Source: Geosiphon pyriformis uo1 (lineage: Eukaryota; Fungi; Glomeromycota). From it: 64,000 nt of DNA. A program made the position numbers and the translations under genes. The stretch is from the NCBI GenBank assembly GCA_016748015.1, contig JAAOMT010000379.1:360095-424094 (forward strand). Reading direction: 5' to 3'. The notes beneath the pieces were generated by a model. It saw only the letters and a list, made by a program, of their open reading frames with translations, did no database searches and was not told the origin of the DNA. The stretch's first letter is position 1, and each line of letters starts with the position of its first letter. This document shows positions 13,536 through 25,830 of this stretch, in pieces.

Positions 13536-14330
13536 CAGTCCCGGCCGAAAAAAATGGCACCAACGTGTTCGCAAAGTTTGTCGCGTTATTTTGCTCACTG
13601 CTGGTGTCGTACAATCTGCATTTCTAATAATTCTATCTACCCATTTTTTCACTTGCCTAATCCGTAAAATCAAATCGCGACGTACTTTTGGGGAAACAGT
13701 CACCACAATGCAACTGAAATCGCACTATTTGGGACGAGCTTTCAAAGCTTGGCTACACTGTCATTCTGTCTAAATGTGTCCCTCTTCTCACCGAAAGCGC
13801 CAAAGAGAGCCGCTTGCAATGGGGACGTTTTCATTGGCGTTACAGCTGGTGTAGGGTTGTATTCTCTGAGGAAACAACTTTTTAGATGTTCCTAAAGACT
13901 TTCTTAACATAGTCTCATGATAGTCAACCTATTATACCAATGTTAAACCATCCCTTCAAGTTGCGTGTTTGGGTGGCGATCAGCAAACGTGGCAAGCTTG
14001 GTTTCCACATATTCACAGAGAATTTACATCGTCATATTTATCGTGAAATATTGAATAACCACCTTTACGACAATGCACCGAGAAAACATGGACATCAATG
14101 GAGATTCTTGATTGGCCCCCACAATCTCCAGACCTCAATCCCATTAAACACTTGTGGGATGAGGTTGATCGACGTCTTCGTCATCTACCTGAGCGAGTTC
14201 ATATCAAGAAAGACTTGTGAGAAACATTTGGGATAATTGAAATCGAATTTTCACGAAACTTATTTAATCCAAGCCCAATAAAATAGCAGATTTTATAAAG
14301 GTTAGAGGTGAGTACACAAGGTGGTAACGT
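13536..14330 (+). mobile_element. Degenerate Tc1/mariner (DD34E-type) transposon remnant
   Basis: Tc1-like terminus TA|CAGTCCCGGCCGAAAAAAATGGCAC at 13534. Transposase fragments FSEETTF, HPFKLRVWVAISKRG...YREIL and, in another frame, WPPQSPDLNPIKHLWDEVDRRLR at ~14112-14180. Internally deleted and frameshifted. Confidence 0.8.
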
Positions 14331-14503
14331 AATAGAAGCATAAGACAATCGTTTATCGTAACCATATCAGCACGAATATTTGTGAATGAGTAGAATAAAT
14401 GCCATATTCATTACTATGTAACTTATTTAACGGTTCTAACGCTTACAAAAAAAGAAATTAATCACAGACCTGAAAGCCTGGTTTAAATTGATTGATATAT
14501 GTA

Positions 14504-14556
14504 CAGTAGGCACCAAAAGTAACATGTAAATCGGGCGTTACTTTTGGCGCTTACTG
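14504..14556. mobile_element. 53-bp Tc1-type mini inverted-repeat element (MITE-like)
   Basis: CAGTAGGCACCAAAAGTAAC-13 nt-GTTACTTTTGGCGCTTACTG, with 18/20 inverted match. Flanked by TA on the left and TG on the right. Confidence 0.65.
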
Positions 14557-14609
14557 TGCAAAAATAGATTTTGAAGAAAGATTTATCTAAATTTCTCGGG
14601 TGATACAAT

Positions 14610-14629
14610 CACTTTTGTGAGCCACTGTA
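14610..14629 (-). mobile_element. Orphan Tc1-type terminal inverted repeat
   Basis: The reverse complement is TA CAGTGGCTCACAAAAGTG, a typical Tc1-family end. No partner end was found. Confidence 0.5.
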
Positions 14630-15499
14630 CATGTGCAACATTTGAAAAGGTACACTTGCTGATTATTGGAAATACAAAGACAAGAATCCGGTTTTATGGT
14701 CTGTGCCCTTTCTATGGTATATTTAATCAACAACAGTCTGACATTATGATTTGATAAAGGGAATGTGTGGAAAGTCAGGATTTTCCCAAGAGAATATGAT
14801 ATTTATTAACAGTAATAGAAATCTAAAGAATTTTCATTGCTTAAAAAATCAAACAATTATTGAAATGATGGGAAAAAAGGATCTAAATCAAATTTGCTTA
14901 CCCTCCCCCCCCCCCCCATAAGGGAATTTCCAAAACAGAAAATTTTCTTGACGAAAAAAACTAGCATTGAGTCCTTGATGAAGATTTTCTGTAAAGAATT
15001 CAGGATAAATAAATTCATTATTTATGTAAACAAACAAACCGGCTCTCTCTAACTGGCACCATAAGGAAAATGTATCCTTATCGATTCTTTTAATGTGTTT
15101 CGTGTGGACTAGTAAGATTGTGAATTCACTCTGAGCAAAATATTTAACAGCAAAAACTATTGAAGTTATGTTATCCATTTTGTTTATTTGAATCTTATTT
15201 CGGTGAAAACTTTCAGTAATCGGTGAATTTCAATTTTCCGGAATTCGTACATGTATCGACAAATAGCTCATTCTGGTTTTCTTACCTACGTGCGTTCGAT
15301 ATCTTTTACCAACTTTAATATGTTTACTCTTATTAAGGAATTCATTGAAATCCAAATTAATTTACTAATAATAACTAACTCATATACAAAGTTTATTCAA
15401 CAAAAATACTTACTCAAAAACAAGATACAAATTCAATTTCTTGAAAAAGTTCAAGATTTGAAGAATTATTTTTTTAAAAATTGAATTTGTATCTTTAAA

Positions 15500-17251
15500 A
15501 TGAAAAATTTACTTGGAACGATTTATATGGGTGGGTGGGAGGTTCAATTTCTTTTGAAATGATGCTTGCCCATATTTGAAAAATTTTTATCTCACGCATA
15601 ATTAAATTTTATCTGGCTGTGGAAATACTTACCAGGAACAACCGTGTATATTCCTTACTTACTTTTATGGTAAGGAAAAAAGCCTCACATTTTTTTATTC
15701 TTTTTTAATCAGCTCAAAAAACTTTTACAATTATCACCACTTGTCGCCTACTTCAGGGCGATAGCACACATATGGCACACAAGTCGTCTAGACTCATTCT
15801 CATTATCCAGAATACGCCAACTTCGAACGCTGTTTACCTATTTATTTATTTTTTCGCTAGCAGTTCAATTTACACACCGAGTACTTCAAACGAGTACAAT
15901 ATATTACCAGTCTTTATCATGTAATGCCTCGGAAACATTTTGTCTTCCTGCCAAACAAAATGAAGCTGAGATGGAAACGTCATTGTTTTTAGATTCTCAA
16001 TCTTTGACTACTGCTGCTGATTATCTGGAAGTTTGTGGGATGAGCTTTATGATGTGAATTTTTTTTTGATATTTCTCGAACTCAAAGGGAAACTTTTTCC
16101 AAATGGTTTAATTCATCTTTTATTTTCTTATTTCTTTCTTAATTGTAGAATGAGTTTGTTTTTGGTACAAGCACATTGGAATGAAGTTGTTGAGCGAATT
16201 ACCAAAGAAAGATTTATGGAAATTTGGGAATACAATGCTTATATTGCTGGATTCATTTTTGCTTTTCCCACGTAAGTTATAGGCTACATGAGGCATCATA
16301 GGCTGTGAGAATTGTAGAAAAAAATTCTGAATGCATCACGTTCATTATCAATTATTATACAGGTTCCCAGCGTTAAGACTAATCCTATACTTTGATGACC
16401 TCCTCAAAAAAGTAATCCCACAACTTGTCTTTAGTGGATTATTATTCGTATTATTTTTACTAGGGATTCGACATCACTATCGAATTCGGAAAATATTCTC
16501 AGAGTCAACCTCATTAGGATTGACAAACGTCAAATGGAAACTTTCCTATTTTCACGACATGAACTATATACTTTCAATTTCTGTGCTAATTTACTCCCTG
16601 AGTTGTTGTTCACTTGCCCTCGATGCTCTGTTCGATGGCAAACTTTTCAAAAGCCATGAAATAATCACACAAATAGTTGTCACCCATTTGAATTATAGTT
16701 CTTTGGTTGGATATGTGATTAGTCTGCTTATCTTTCATCCGTCACTTTCGTTACTCTCGGCAACAAAAGCATTTATTGCAACTCCTGCCTCACCAAGTCC
16801 AGTACATACAATCGATATCCCAACCTTTAAGATGGTCGCTGCTAAACCGAAAAAAGACGCTTCTCTACCAAGCAATAGTAGCATTTCACTATTGCCACCG
16901 GCGTATACCAACAAATACGAAGGCTCAATAGGAAAAAGTGATACTGGGGATGAAAAAGTTGAAAATTTTAAATTTAAAGAATCAACTGCTAACCTGAGGC
17001 CAAAAGGATCAAAAGAGTCTCTTGTACCAACCAATATCAAAGGAATTAATTCTTATGAATCATTAAAGCCACAGTATTCATGGGCTGACACATGGCGATT
17101 GAAGTCGCCGAATTCACATAAGGAGAACGTTATCATAACTTTCAATGATTCGTTACCAGATCAAATATCTTTTAATGACAATGAAAGTACAATCTCTTCG
17201 GAGGTTGGTATTGCTATAACTACCGATGATGATGATGATCGGAATATGTGA
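15500..17251 (+). CDS. Spliced multi-pass (about 7 TM) membrane protein of unknown function with Ser-rich cytosolic tail
   Basis: Frame-consistent exons: ~15636-15669 (TTVYIPYLLLW), 15757-16052 (AIAHIWHTSRLDSF...LRTLFTYLFIFSLAVQF...AADYLEVCGMSF), 16149-16271 (MSLFLVQAHW...IAGFIFAFPT) and 16363-17251 (several hydrophobic helices, LLIFHP, long hydrophilic tail). The first exon (ATG 15500) is tentative. Confidence 0.75.
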
Positions 17252-17745
17252 TTATGACTTTATTAGAAAATTTTCCTTGGGGTTTAAGATTTAATTGTAT
17301 TTATATCGTTCAATGCTCAATTAATTTTAGCTTTTAATTTTCATTCTCATAGACAAGAATTGCTAGCAAGTTCTACAAAGAAAAGTGAATCATTTTATAT
17401 AATATGTCATGGCTATTTTTGAGACATTTGTCATTTTTTAACACATTATATTTTCGCCTTTGGATTTCAAAATCGAATGTGTCCTTAGAAAAATTTGTGA
17501 GATATCAAGTTCCAATAACCGATAAGTACATTGGTTTTTTCTGAAAAGATTAAACAAGATTCTGGAAAGGGGACATTTTATATTAATAGTTTTGTTGATT
17601 TTCTGTTTCTATTTCAATGGGTAATATGTAGGGTTAGCTTTCGGATTGGAATAGTAACCATAGTGTTGAAAATATTTGTTCTGAAGAGCCAAAAATAGTC
17701 TTTATCTTTATATGTATTTGAATTTTGTAACCGATTTTTAGCATC

Positions 17746-18492
17746 TCAAACCCTTGCTCTTATAACACCAACAAGCTTTCTAAAATTAATCTCATTCAAA
17801 TACCAATTTGCAATTTAATAATTCACATTTAAATACCTGTACGAAGCATTCAACCGATCAATCGAATCGATCAATTGTAGCAGAGTACCTTTTTGAAACT
17901 TCACATAGCGAAACTCGACTACTGTCCCTGCATCACCCCCACTGATTATCCCTTCTTTCCCATAAATCTCGTCTCTACCTCTAATTTGTGCCGTAGTATA
18001 GGCAACAAATATTCCTAAAGCAACTTTGATTTCTTGTAATTGTGGTTCGTAGCATTCTACCAGATGATGGTCAGACTTGGGGAGGATTTCATTTGATTGT
18101 TTTTGATCTCTTGATATTTTTTGCCAGTGGAGGTGAGTATTGTGAAGTATTGTATCATCAAAAGCCATAGATTCAAATTCAATATCAACTGATGATTTTC
18201 TCGGAGGCCCAGGAAAAAAAATAGGAATACACGTATTAATGCTCCAACCGATTGGAAGATATTCCTCGTCAATTTTTGTGATTTCAATTTTTATTTCGCA
18301 GCTGTTTGTTGCTGTCGTATTAATGAAATGGGTTGAGGAGGAATCTTGTTGAATTCTTTCTGTTGTGCTTCCTGTGTTGTTTGACCATGGTTTTGTATGT
18401 GGAGATGAGATTAAATGGGAGCTTGAGATTTGAAAAACGTAAGAGTCTGGAAGAAATGGCGCAAATATTGTTGATAGCGTGGTTTCGAGCAT
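17746..18492 (-). CDS. Hypothetical protein (~230 aa), convergent with the membrane-protein gene
   Basis: 225-aa ORF with a coding-like C-terminal half. Probable short intron (GTATTT...TTTTAG, ~17780-17835) leading to a final RKLVGVIRARV* exon. No domain recognised. Confidence 0.6.
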
Positions 18493-19999
18493 AATTGGGT
18501 TTGTTTGATATAATAAAGGCGAAGGTGAAAGTGAGGAATCAGAGATTGATAACTGTGGAAATAATCAAAAAGAGGAACATGAGTGATTGAATAAAATTAG
18601 AAATTGAACAAAGAATTAAGCATAAAAGGCCGAGATTTCCAGGCTTGAAATAAATGATCTTTAATATAAGTTTATAAGAAAAAAGTTTGCCCATGTAACA
18701 AGCTCAAAATTATGTATGAAATTACCGCAAATTCCAAATCGTTGCTAAACCTCCAACATAAATCAGCTTGAAGAATTTTAGGGATCAAAGAGTTCCAAAG
18801 AGTACAAGTTTTTTGTAAATTTGTCATGTATTTGTAGCTGTTTGACCCGTTTTTATTGGAGAAAGGAATTTTGAAAGGATAAGTCAGTGAAATTTTACGA
18901 TCGAAATATTGAGAGATTCATTGTAAGTTCTAGTCGCAAAAGTTTTAATACATGATTATGGCTTATTTTCTTTTAATGGCTCTAAAATACGACTCCCAAA
19001 AAAGGATGGACGTACTTGGTCCCATGAACAACATTTTTTATTATCTGTATCACTATTTCATCTGGTATATCAATCATTTTCGTCTTTGGAGTAGAAAACA
19101 AAATAATTAGGCAAGAATGGTTGCTTGCATCACTGAATATCGATCAGTTATTTATACCCAAAATTGAAGATGTTCACAGAAGTGTGTGACCAGACAGGTG
19201 AACTTGATCTTGAACTTTGGGATTTGGATAAGAAATGATCTAAAGTTCCCACTTTCTTTTTTAGGGTAGAAGGTTGGAAACAGACTGATTAAAATTTTTA
19301 GGAAAAACTTTGAGTATAAATTCTTTTCTGTTGTCATTTGAAGATTAGAAAATCAAGATTTGGCTGAATCAAATCATATGCGAATAACCAATCTTCACTA
19401 CAACTCTAATTTAAATATTAATATATTTTTGTTAATTAAACTTAGTTTTCAATGTTAAATCCAAAAATGTTTGTGATCTTGCATAAAGCTGATTCAGAAA
19501 ATGATATTTTTGTTCTTTCGTTTATACCCCGAGCGTGATCCCAATGTTGAATTAGTTTTTCAGAACATGTACAACATTTCATGTTTTTAATAATAGGGCG
19601 ATCAGATAAGAAAAAAATGTGATAGGTTTAATATTATATTTGTTGCTTATACCAAAAATAATTATCAATATGTCTCTAAGTGTTTGAAATAAAGGATGGA
19701 ACACTCAGTAGTCTATTAACCCGTTCTTTTGGAAAAAAATTATTTTAGGTGTATAAACGAATTATATTGGCCTTTTTAATCCTACCACCCAATTAAGTTT
19801 GATGGTGCAACATTCAGTAATTTTGAAAAACCAAGTATACGATATATGCTTTCAAACCGACGGAAAAATCTATATTTTTTTTAATCGAGAAATATTTCAT
19901 AGGCAAATTCAAATAAATTCAGCTCTCACAAAATAAATTTAATTTGAATCAAAACTTGACATATTATTTTTTTTTTCTTAATTTAAATAATTTTTTAAT

Positions 20000-20460
20000 A
20001 TTAATTAAACATAACATGTTAATAAAATGCAAGAAAAAACAGTATTATATAACAATGAAAATAATTAAAAGAATAATTCAACTTAATAAATAAATTAAAT
20101 AAGTAAAGATTTAATATATAAGATTAATCTTACAAATATCTCAATTACTATTCTTTTTAAAAAGTAAAAAGAGAATTTGAAAATAGAAAGACAGTCTGTA
20201 CTATTAACAAAAAACTACATACTGGTATAATTTTATGCTTTATATTAATGTTTTAAAAATTTAATATACTTTATAAAAACTAACAATATATATATTAAGA
20301 AAAAAGGGGAAAAAAATAAAGAGTTAATATTATTGTATTGATTTTATATGAAATTCTAGTTTGTTTTAAATTGATCATAAAGCTTTAAAATATTTTATTT
20401 ATATACTTTCAAAAAAAAAAAAAAATAGAATTAGTATTCTGTTAATAGTTATAATTAATG
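20000..20460. repeat. Degenerate LTR-like repeat (partial solo copy)
   Basis: Aligns by eye with 29845-30290 and 39120-39530 (AACAGTATT...AATTCAACTT...CTATTCTTTTTAAAAAGTAA...GGTATAATTTTATG...AATATTATTGTATTGA). Confidence 0.65.
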
Positions 20461-20551
20461 GTTTAAGGTGAGATTTCAAAATCATTATGTAATTTGCATC
20501 TGGTTTTGAATTGAAAGCAAAAAATAAGTTTTCTAATAATAATACAAAAGA

Positions 20552-21880
20552 TTTTTTTTTTCATGTTTTAACGAAGTGTAGCCCAATCGCTAACTGTAAG
20601 ATAAAATAGAAGAATTTTAAGAAGCCGCGATTCACGTGTTTGACTACATGTGACTAGTCACCCGACCCAGCCAAGGCTACTAACCCATCATAAGAAAAAC
20701 AGTGATCTGCGAAATAGAAAAAAACTTTTTGTAGGTAACCTAACATGTAAAGACCCAAACCAGGGAGGCGAAAACCATGGGACTTGATGATAGCAACCTC
20801 ATCCCTACTACCAATCAAGACACCTATAGGCAGGGTACCATTTTTTTCACACTCAACATGTAAACTAGCTGGGCAACAAAACCAACTCATGGTGCTGAAC
20901 AGCTAGCGAACGGACAAAATTTATGATCCTTGAGCTGCCGGCTGACACAGAACCAAAGGCTTAATTCAATTACCAGACCCTTCATTAAAGCAGTATACAA
21001 ACCGCCAGCTCCAGAATAGTCAAAAAGTCCATTGTGGGATGCCAAATCACTCAGATCCTGCAAAATTATGGAATTTCTGATTGAAAAATAAGATCATTTA
21101 CACCACAAGTCAGCGAAAGAAATCACCTCCTTCCATAATAATACATCACTAGCACATACGAATGTATGATCTGAAGACTCACAGTCCCCATATTTAATGC
21201 AGGCAACACTAGCATAATTTGCATTATATCGGCACTTGTGCTTGGCAACCACCAAATGACCATGAAGCCCTTTTATGAAGTACGTTCTAAGGCCAGTGGT
21301 TTTGGCACTGGTATGACCAGAACCAAAATGCCAGTCAGGATGCCAAACAGCTACAGTTCTATCCCAATCAATGTCATTAACTAGATCCTCATTAAAAAAA
21401 TTTTTAACAAACCTCAACTTCCATTTGGCACAACTAGAAGCATCACATAACCCGTGGATGAAGTGTTTGACATTGCTGAAGATTGCCACACTGACATATC
21501 TATGAAAGAAGCTATCAGGAATACCAGAAGACAAAACATGGATCGAAGAGCAGGCTTCACCAGCCAAAAGATCTGCCATCACATTACTTATTACACCAGA
21601 ATGTTCTTTGACCTTGTCCAACCAACATTCAGCTCATTGCTGGCAATAGTGATGTCAATTCTTTTCTTCTCGATCCAGCATTTATTTTTAAAATGAGGCA
21701 GAACCAAACTGCCAGACTGGCACATGGAGATTACAGCAGAGCTATCAGTGTGAACAATACACGAATGCCATAGCAGGACACATTCAAGGGCCAAAGCAAT
21801 TGCCATGAGCTCCAACACCCATATCTTAATCAATATCTTTAAAATAGGCAGCTGCATCACCAGCCACAGACGCGAAACCA
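20552..21880 (-). mobile_element. 5'-truncated LINE (RNase H, Zn finger, 3' UTR, poly(A))
   Basis: The minus strand encodes ELMAIALALECV, HTDS, KVKEHSGVISN, VWHPD and CIKYGDCESSDHTFVC, homologous to ORF2 of the full-length LINEs. 3' UTR motif, with the poly(A) seen as a T run at 20552-20561. Confidence 0.9.
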
Positions 21881-22305
21881 TGAGTTATTATTAAGATATA
21901 TTTTTTTGAACTTGAGGATAAAAGTAAAAGTAGATATAAACTGTTATTCTAAAATCAAATATTAAAATAAAGATAAAATTTTTTTTTAAGCTAAAACTAC
22001 TATATATATATATACATTTTCAATTTCTTAAAATAGCTTCTAAAAACTTATTATTTTGCTATTACTAATTATAATCTATTATTTCATGCTATTTTGTGTT
22101 ATTATATATTATTTATATTATTACTAGCCATTTGGTATTATCTCGTATTATCATATATTATTTTGCGTTATTCTCTATTTATTATATGTTTATCATGTTT
22201 TTTTGTAATTGGTTGGTTTTTTTATTCAGATAATAGTAAATATAGTCTTCTTGGTATCTGAAGGTTTTTTATTAGTAAATCCCAGTTTATAATAATAATC
22301 TTGTA

Positions 22306-22910
22306 CAGAGGGTGTCCAAAAGTTTCCGAACAAACTTTGGAGTAACATTCCACATGCTTGAATAATTAGAAAAGCACGGGTTTATTACTAAATTAAGTTA
22401 GTTAATTATTTAATTACGCGTTTTTTATTTTTTAAACACGCGTGTATAATGTTTTTTCGCGACGCGCATAATCGATTTTATTCATACTCGTTTTTTTATA
22501 AAAATGAAATGTAACGCGCATATAAGATTTTTTCGTCGTTTTATTAAAACGAAATGGGAGCAAAAAAAGAATTAACGATTGATCAACGTAATACTATATG
22601 CTTATTACAACAGCATGGCAAGAAATATCGTGATATTGCCAACATAGTCAATTGCAGCTTGACAACAGTTTCGGATACAATAAAACGATTTAAAGAAACT
22701 GGTTCAATTGATTCAAGACCTCGTTCAGGACGTCCACCTTTATTTACTCACCAAAAATATCGCCGACTTAAACGTTTAGTAACACTTAATAGAAAAATTT
22801 AGAAAATTACTATAAAATTATAAATATGTTGTTTATTTTGTTTTATTTTATAAAAAAATAAATATTATTGTTAAATAAAATCTTGTTCGGAAACTTTTGG
22901 ACACCCTCTG
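22306..22910 (+). mobile_element. Non-autonomous Tc1/mariner deletion derivative (605 bp) with perfect 28-bp TIRs and TA target duplication
   Basis: TA|CAGAGGGTGTCCAAAAGTTTCCGAACAA ... TTGTTCGGAAACTTTTGGACACCCTCTG|TA. Confidence 0.95.
22554..22802 (+). CDS. Truncated Tc1 transposase, N-terminal HTH DNA-binding domain only (82 aa)
   Basis: ELTIDQRNTI...GKKYRDIANIVNCSLTTVSDTIKRFKETGSIDSRPRSGRPP: HTH plus the GRP AT-hook-like motif of Tc1 transposases. No DDE domain. Confidence 0.85.
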   Translation: MGAKKELTIDQRNTICLLQQHGKKYRDIANIVNCSLTTVSDTIKRFKETGSIDSRPRSGRPPLFTHQKYRRLKRLVTLNRKI

Positions 22911-23229
22911 TAAATCTAAAAATCTAAAGATTGGTTTTATGAGTTTTATTAACTTTTAACACAAATGATATAATTTTTTATAAGTAACATGAATTCTGTT
23001 TATAGTTACATCTGTTGTTTTTGTTGAAATTTTTGATAATAGCTTTTTGTTATGTATGACTAATAAAAAAATTTTCTAATATTTATTAAACTTCTGATTG
23101 CGTTTTTTTTTGTGACTTTCAGATATTCTTTTTAATATTGCACTAAAATCTTAAATATCTGAATAATTATCTTTACTTGTAGTGTAAGCAATAAGTTTTT
23201 TAAATATAACATTCTTATTCAAAGCAGTA

Positions 23230-25830
23230 TAAATAATATTATTAACACACATATAAAAAAAACAGTCGCAAAACACAAGAATAACACATCTAAACCCAAA
23301 AGAGAACTCTATAAAATTATATACAACTTGATCAACTTTTTACAAACAAAAAAATCCAATTACATGTGAAAAAATTCTATCTCTTTACAATAAAAGCACA
23401 AAATACTGGAATATATCTTGTTATATAAGCATTTATAAATAGTAACAGACAAGTAATAATATAAAGTCTTTATAAAATATGAATATAGACTAGTGAATTT
23501 TTTATTAATAAAACCAAAGACCATATAAAAATCAGAGTACTAAACCAAAATAACTCAATTTCAGTTAATATTTTTAATAATATTAATATTTACAATACCA
23601 AAACCAAGCCCAATTTTTTATTGAGTATAACAAACAGCTTTAAACACATTATAAACAAAAATACTAAGTATTTTCAAATACTATTATACTACTAGCTTTG
23701 ATATACTTCTTATATACATAAATAAAAAGCACTAAATCCAAAAAAAGAAGCATAAGCAGTCAGTTTGTTAGCACATTTATTATTTAAGACACCTAAATAG
23801 CTTTTAATCTTAGATCAAATAACATTAAAATCTTTATTCATAATAAAATTCATAATACTATATCTTTTAAGTCAACAACAGTTGTGAAAATTCAGCAAAG
23901 CCAGATTCAATTTAGTTAAACAAGCATCTTAAATTATTACATATACTATTACAATACTAAAAACAGAAAGAAATTCAAGAGCCAAAGCAATTACAGACAA
24001 TTCTACCAATGTAAATAAAATTATATTACCAATTTTAACATTTACATCTAAATTTAAATCAACAAAAAACGCTATTACACTATATTTTACTTAAGGCATA
24101 TTCAGATTTTTTAAAAATCTATCCATATAAACATTAATAACATTTAAATTAGTATTAGAAAAATGCTTTTTAACTACAAAAAAGTTATTAGAATCATACT
24201 GGTTTATTCAACAAAAAACATTACTATTCAAAAATTTAAATGCCAACTTGAATTAATCAGAAACTAAATCTTTAGGATCGAGCTTTTTCTAATAATAAAA
24301 ACTTTTTCAATCAAAAATTTACCTTTTTTTAATATAAAGCTGTTTAATAAAAGCAATATTAAGCTTTTTAAGAAAATAAAAAACACTATAAAAGACTAAA
24401 TCTCCCAAAATAAGTGTTATTAGAGTGTTATTAGAACAACAAAAAGCAGAAAATAACAAATTTGCAAGAAAAATATCATAATTTAAAAAAATATTTATTA
24501 TGTTAACCAAACTAACTCTTAATTTTATAGAATACAGCAAAAAATGTTTGGAAAACTAACTTAACATCTGTAAATCTAACAATCTGTAATTAAATAAATA
24601 ACCAAAAACATTTTTAACATTTAAAATTCATTATAACAACCATTTTATTTACTATTTAAACTTGCTTAAAAGTTTTCAAATTATATAAACATAGATAGTA
24701 AACAGTTTTACTAGAAAATATTTTTGATAAATTAGCTTTTACTTTAAATTTTTTTAATTAACATATTTTATTTGTTGAATATATTTTTAAAAAAAAACTA
24801 AACTGAATCTTATAATTAACAATAGACTATAATATAGTTGAAACCAAATAAAAAAATTATTTGTTTTCTTTAAAATCATATTAACAAAAAACTTAATATT
24901 TAAATAAGCTTTAACCAGACTAGATTTAGACAGAACTTTTAAAAAAAAAAATTTAAATACTTATGAGACTTTTTTTTCTGTATAATAAAAATTGATAAAC
25001 TACTTATTAATAAAGAAGTTTCTTTAATTTTCTGATTAATAGGAATAGTTACTGTTTTTTTATTGTTAATTGAAATATTATTGAGTTTAAAAAACCCACT
25101 TACTATATCTATATATTGTATAGCAGCTTAATTATATTTTATTTAAATAGTGTAGTTAATAAAAATATTAGCCACTAAATAAGAAGTTAATTCAGCTTGG
25201 TTCTTAATTTTATCAATTTGGACTACAAATTTAGTATTAATATAATAATCATACAAGCTTTTATTTTTTTTTACTTGTATAATAGAGAATCATAAAAAAT
25301 TCTTTAAAACAATAAGAAAAAAACCTTGCTCTGATCCAGATTATTATGTATTTAATATCTATCAATCAATCTAAAATCTGTTATAACTTAATTGATTCTG
25401 TTATTGTAAATACCATTAAAGAATTTTATAAACTGTTTGCACATTTTACATAAACTAAACTATTTTTTAAATAATATTAGCCAACAAAATCATATATTTT
25501 TCACATATCTTATAAAACTAGCCAAAGTTCACGATTTTTTTCTAAAACATTTTTTATTATCGAGTTTATTGCAAAGATTAAAGACTGTATAATAGTATCT
25601 TTTAGAACAAAAAAATTGTTGTCATAAAAAATATCAAATTTACTACAGATTGAGAAAATTTTGTCTAAAAGATCTTGAAAATTTTTTTTTAAATAGTTTC
25701 AATTAAGCCAATAGATCTGGTATTAGTTAAGACTCTTTTCTATTCATATAATTTGGAAATTATAGAAATCTAATAATATTGTACTTATTATAAAATAACC
25801 AATTTTATGTCAATATTTGTATAATTACTT
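23230..25830 (-). mobile_element. Fossil LINE (RT region), heavily C>T/G>A eroded
   Basis: The minus strand reads LEKNRELWLVL*DM*KIYDFVG* (~25480-25550) and ANIFINYTI* (~25145-25175). These match LEKNRELWLVLQDMHKAYDSVGW and AGAFVDDTIW of the other LINEs. Boundaries are approximate. Confidence 0.8.

Noticed and set aside
14888-15484. 96-aa and 77-aa ORFs
   Set aside because: No recognisable motifs. The poly-Gly comes from a C homopolymer, and the region is likely promoter/intergenic.
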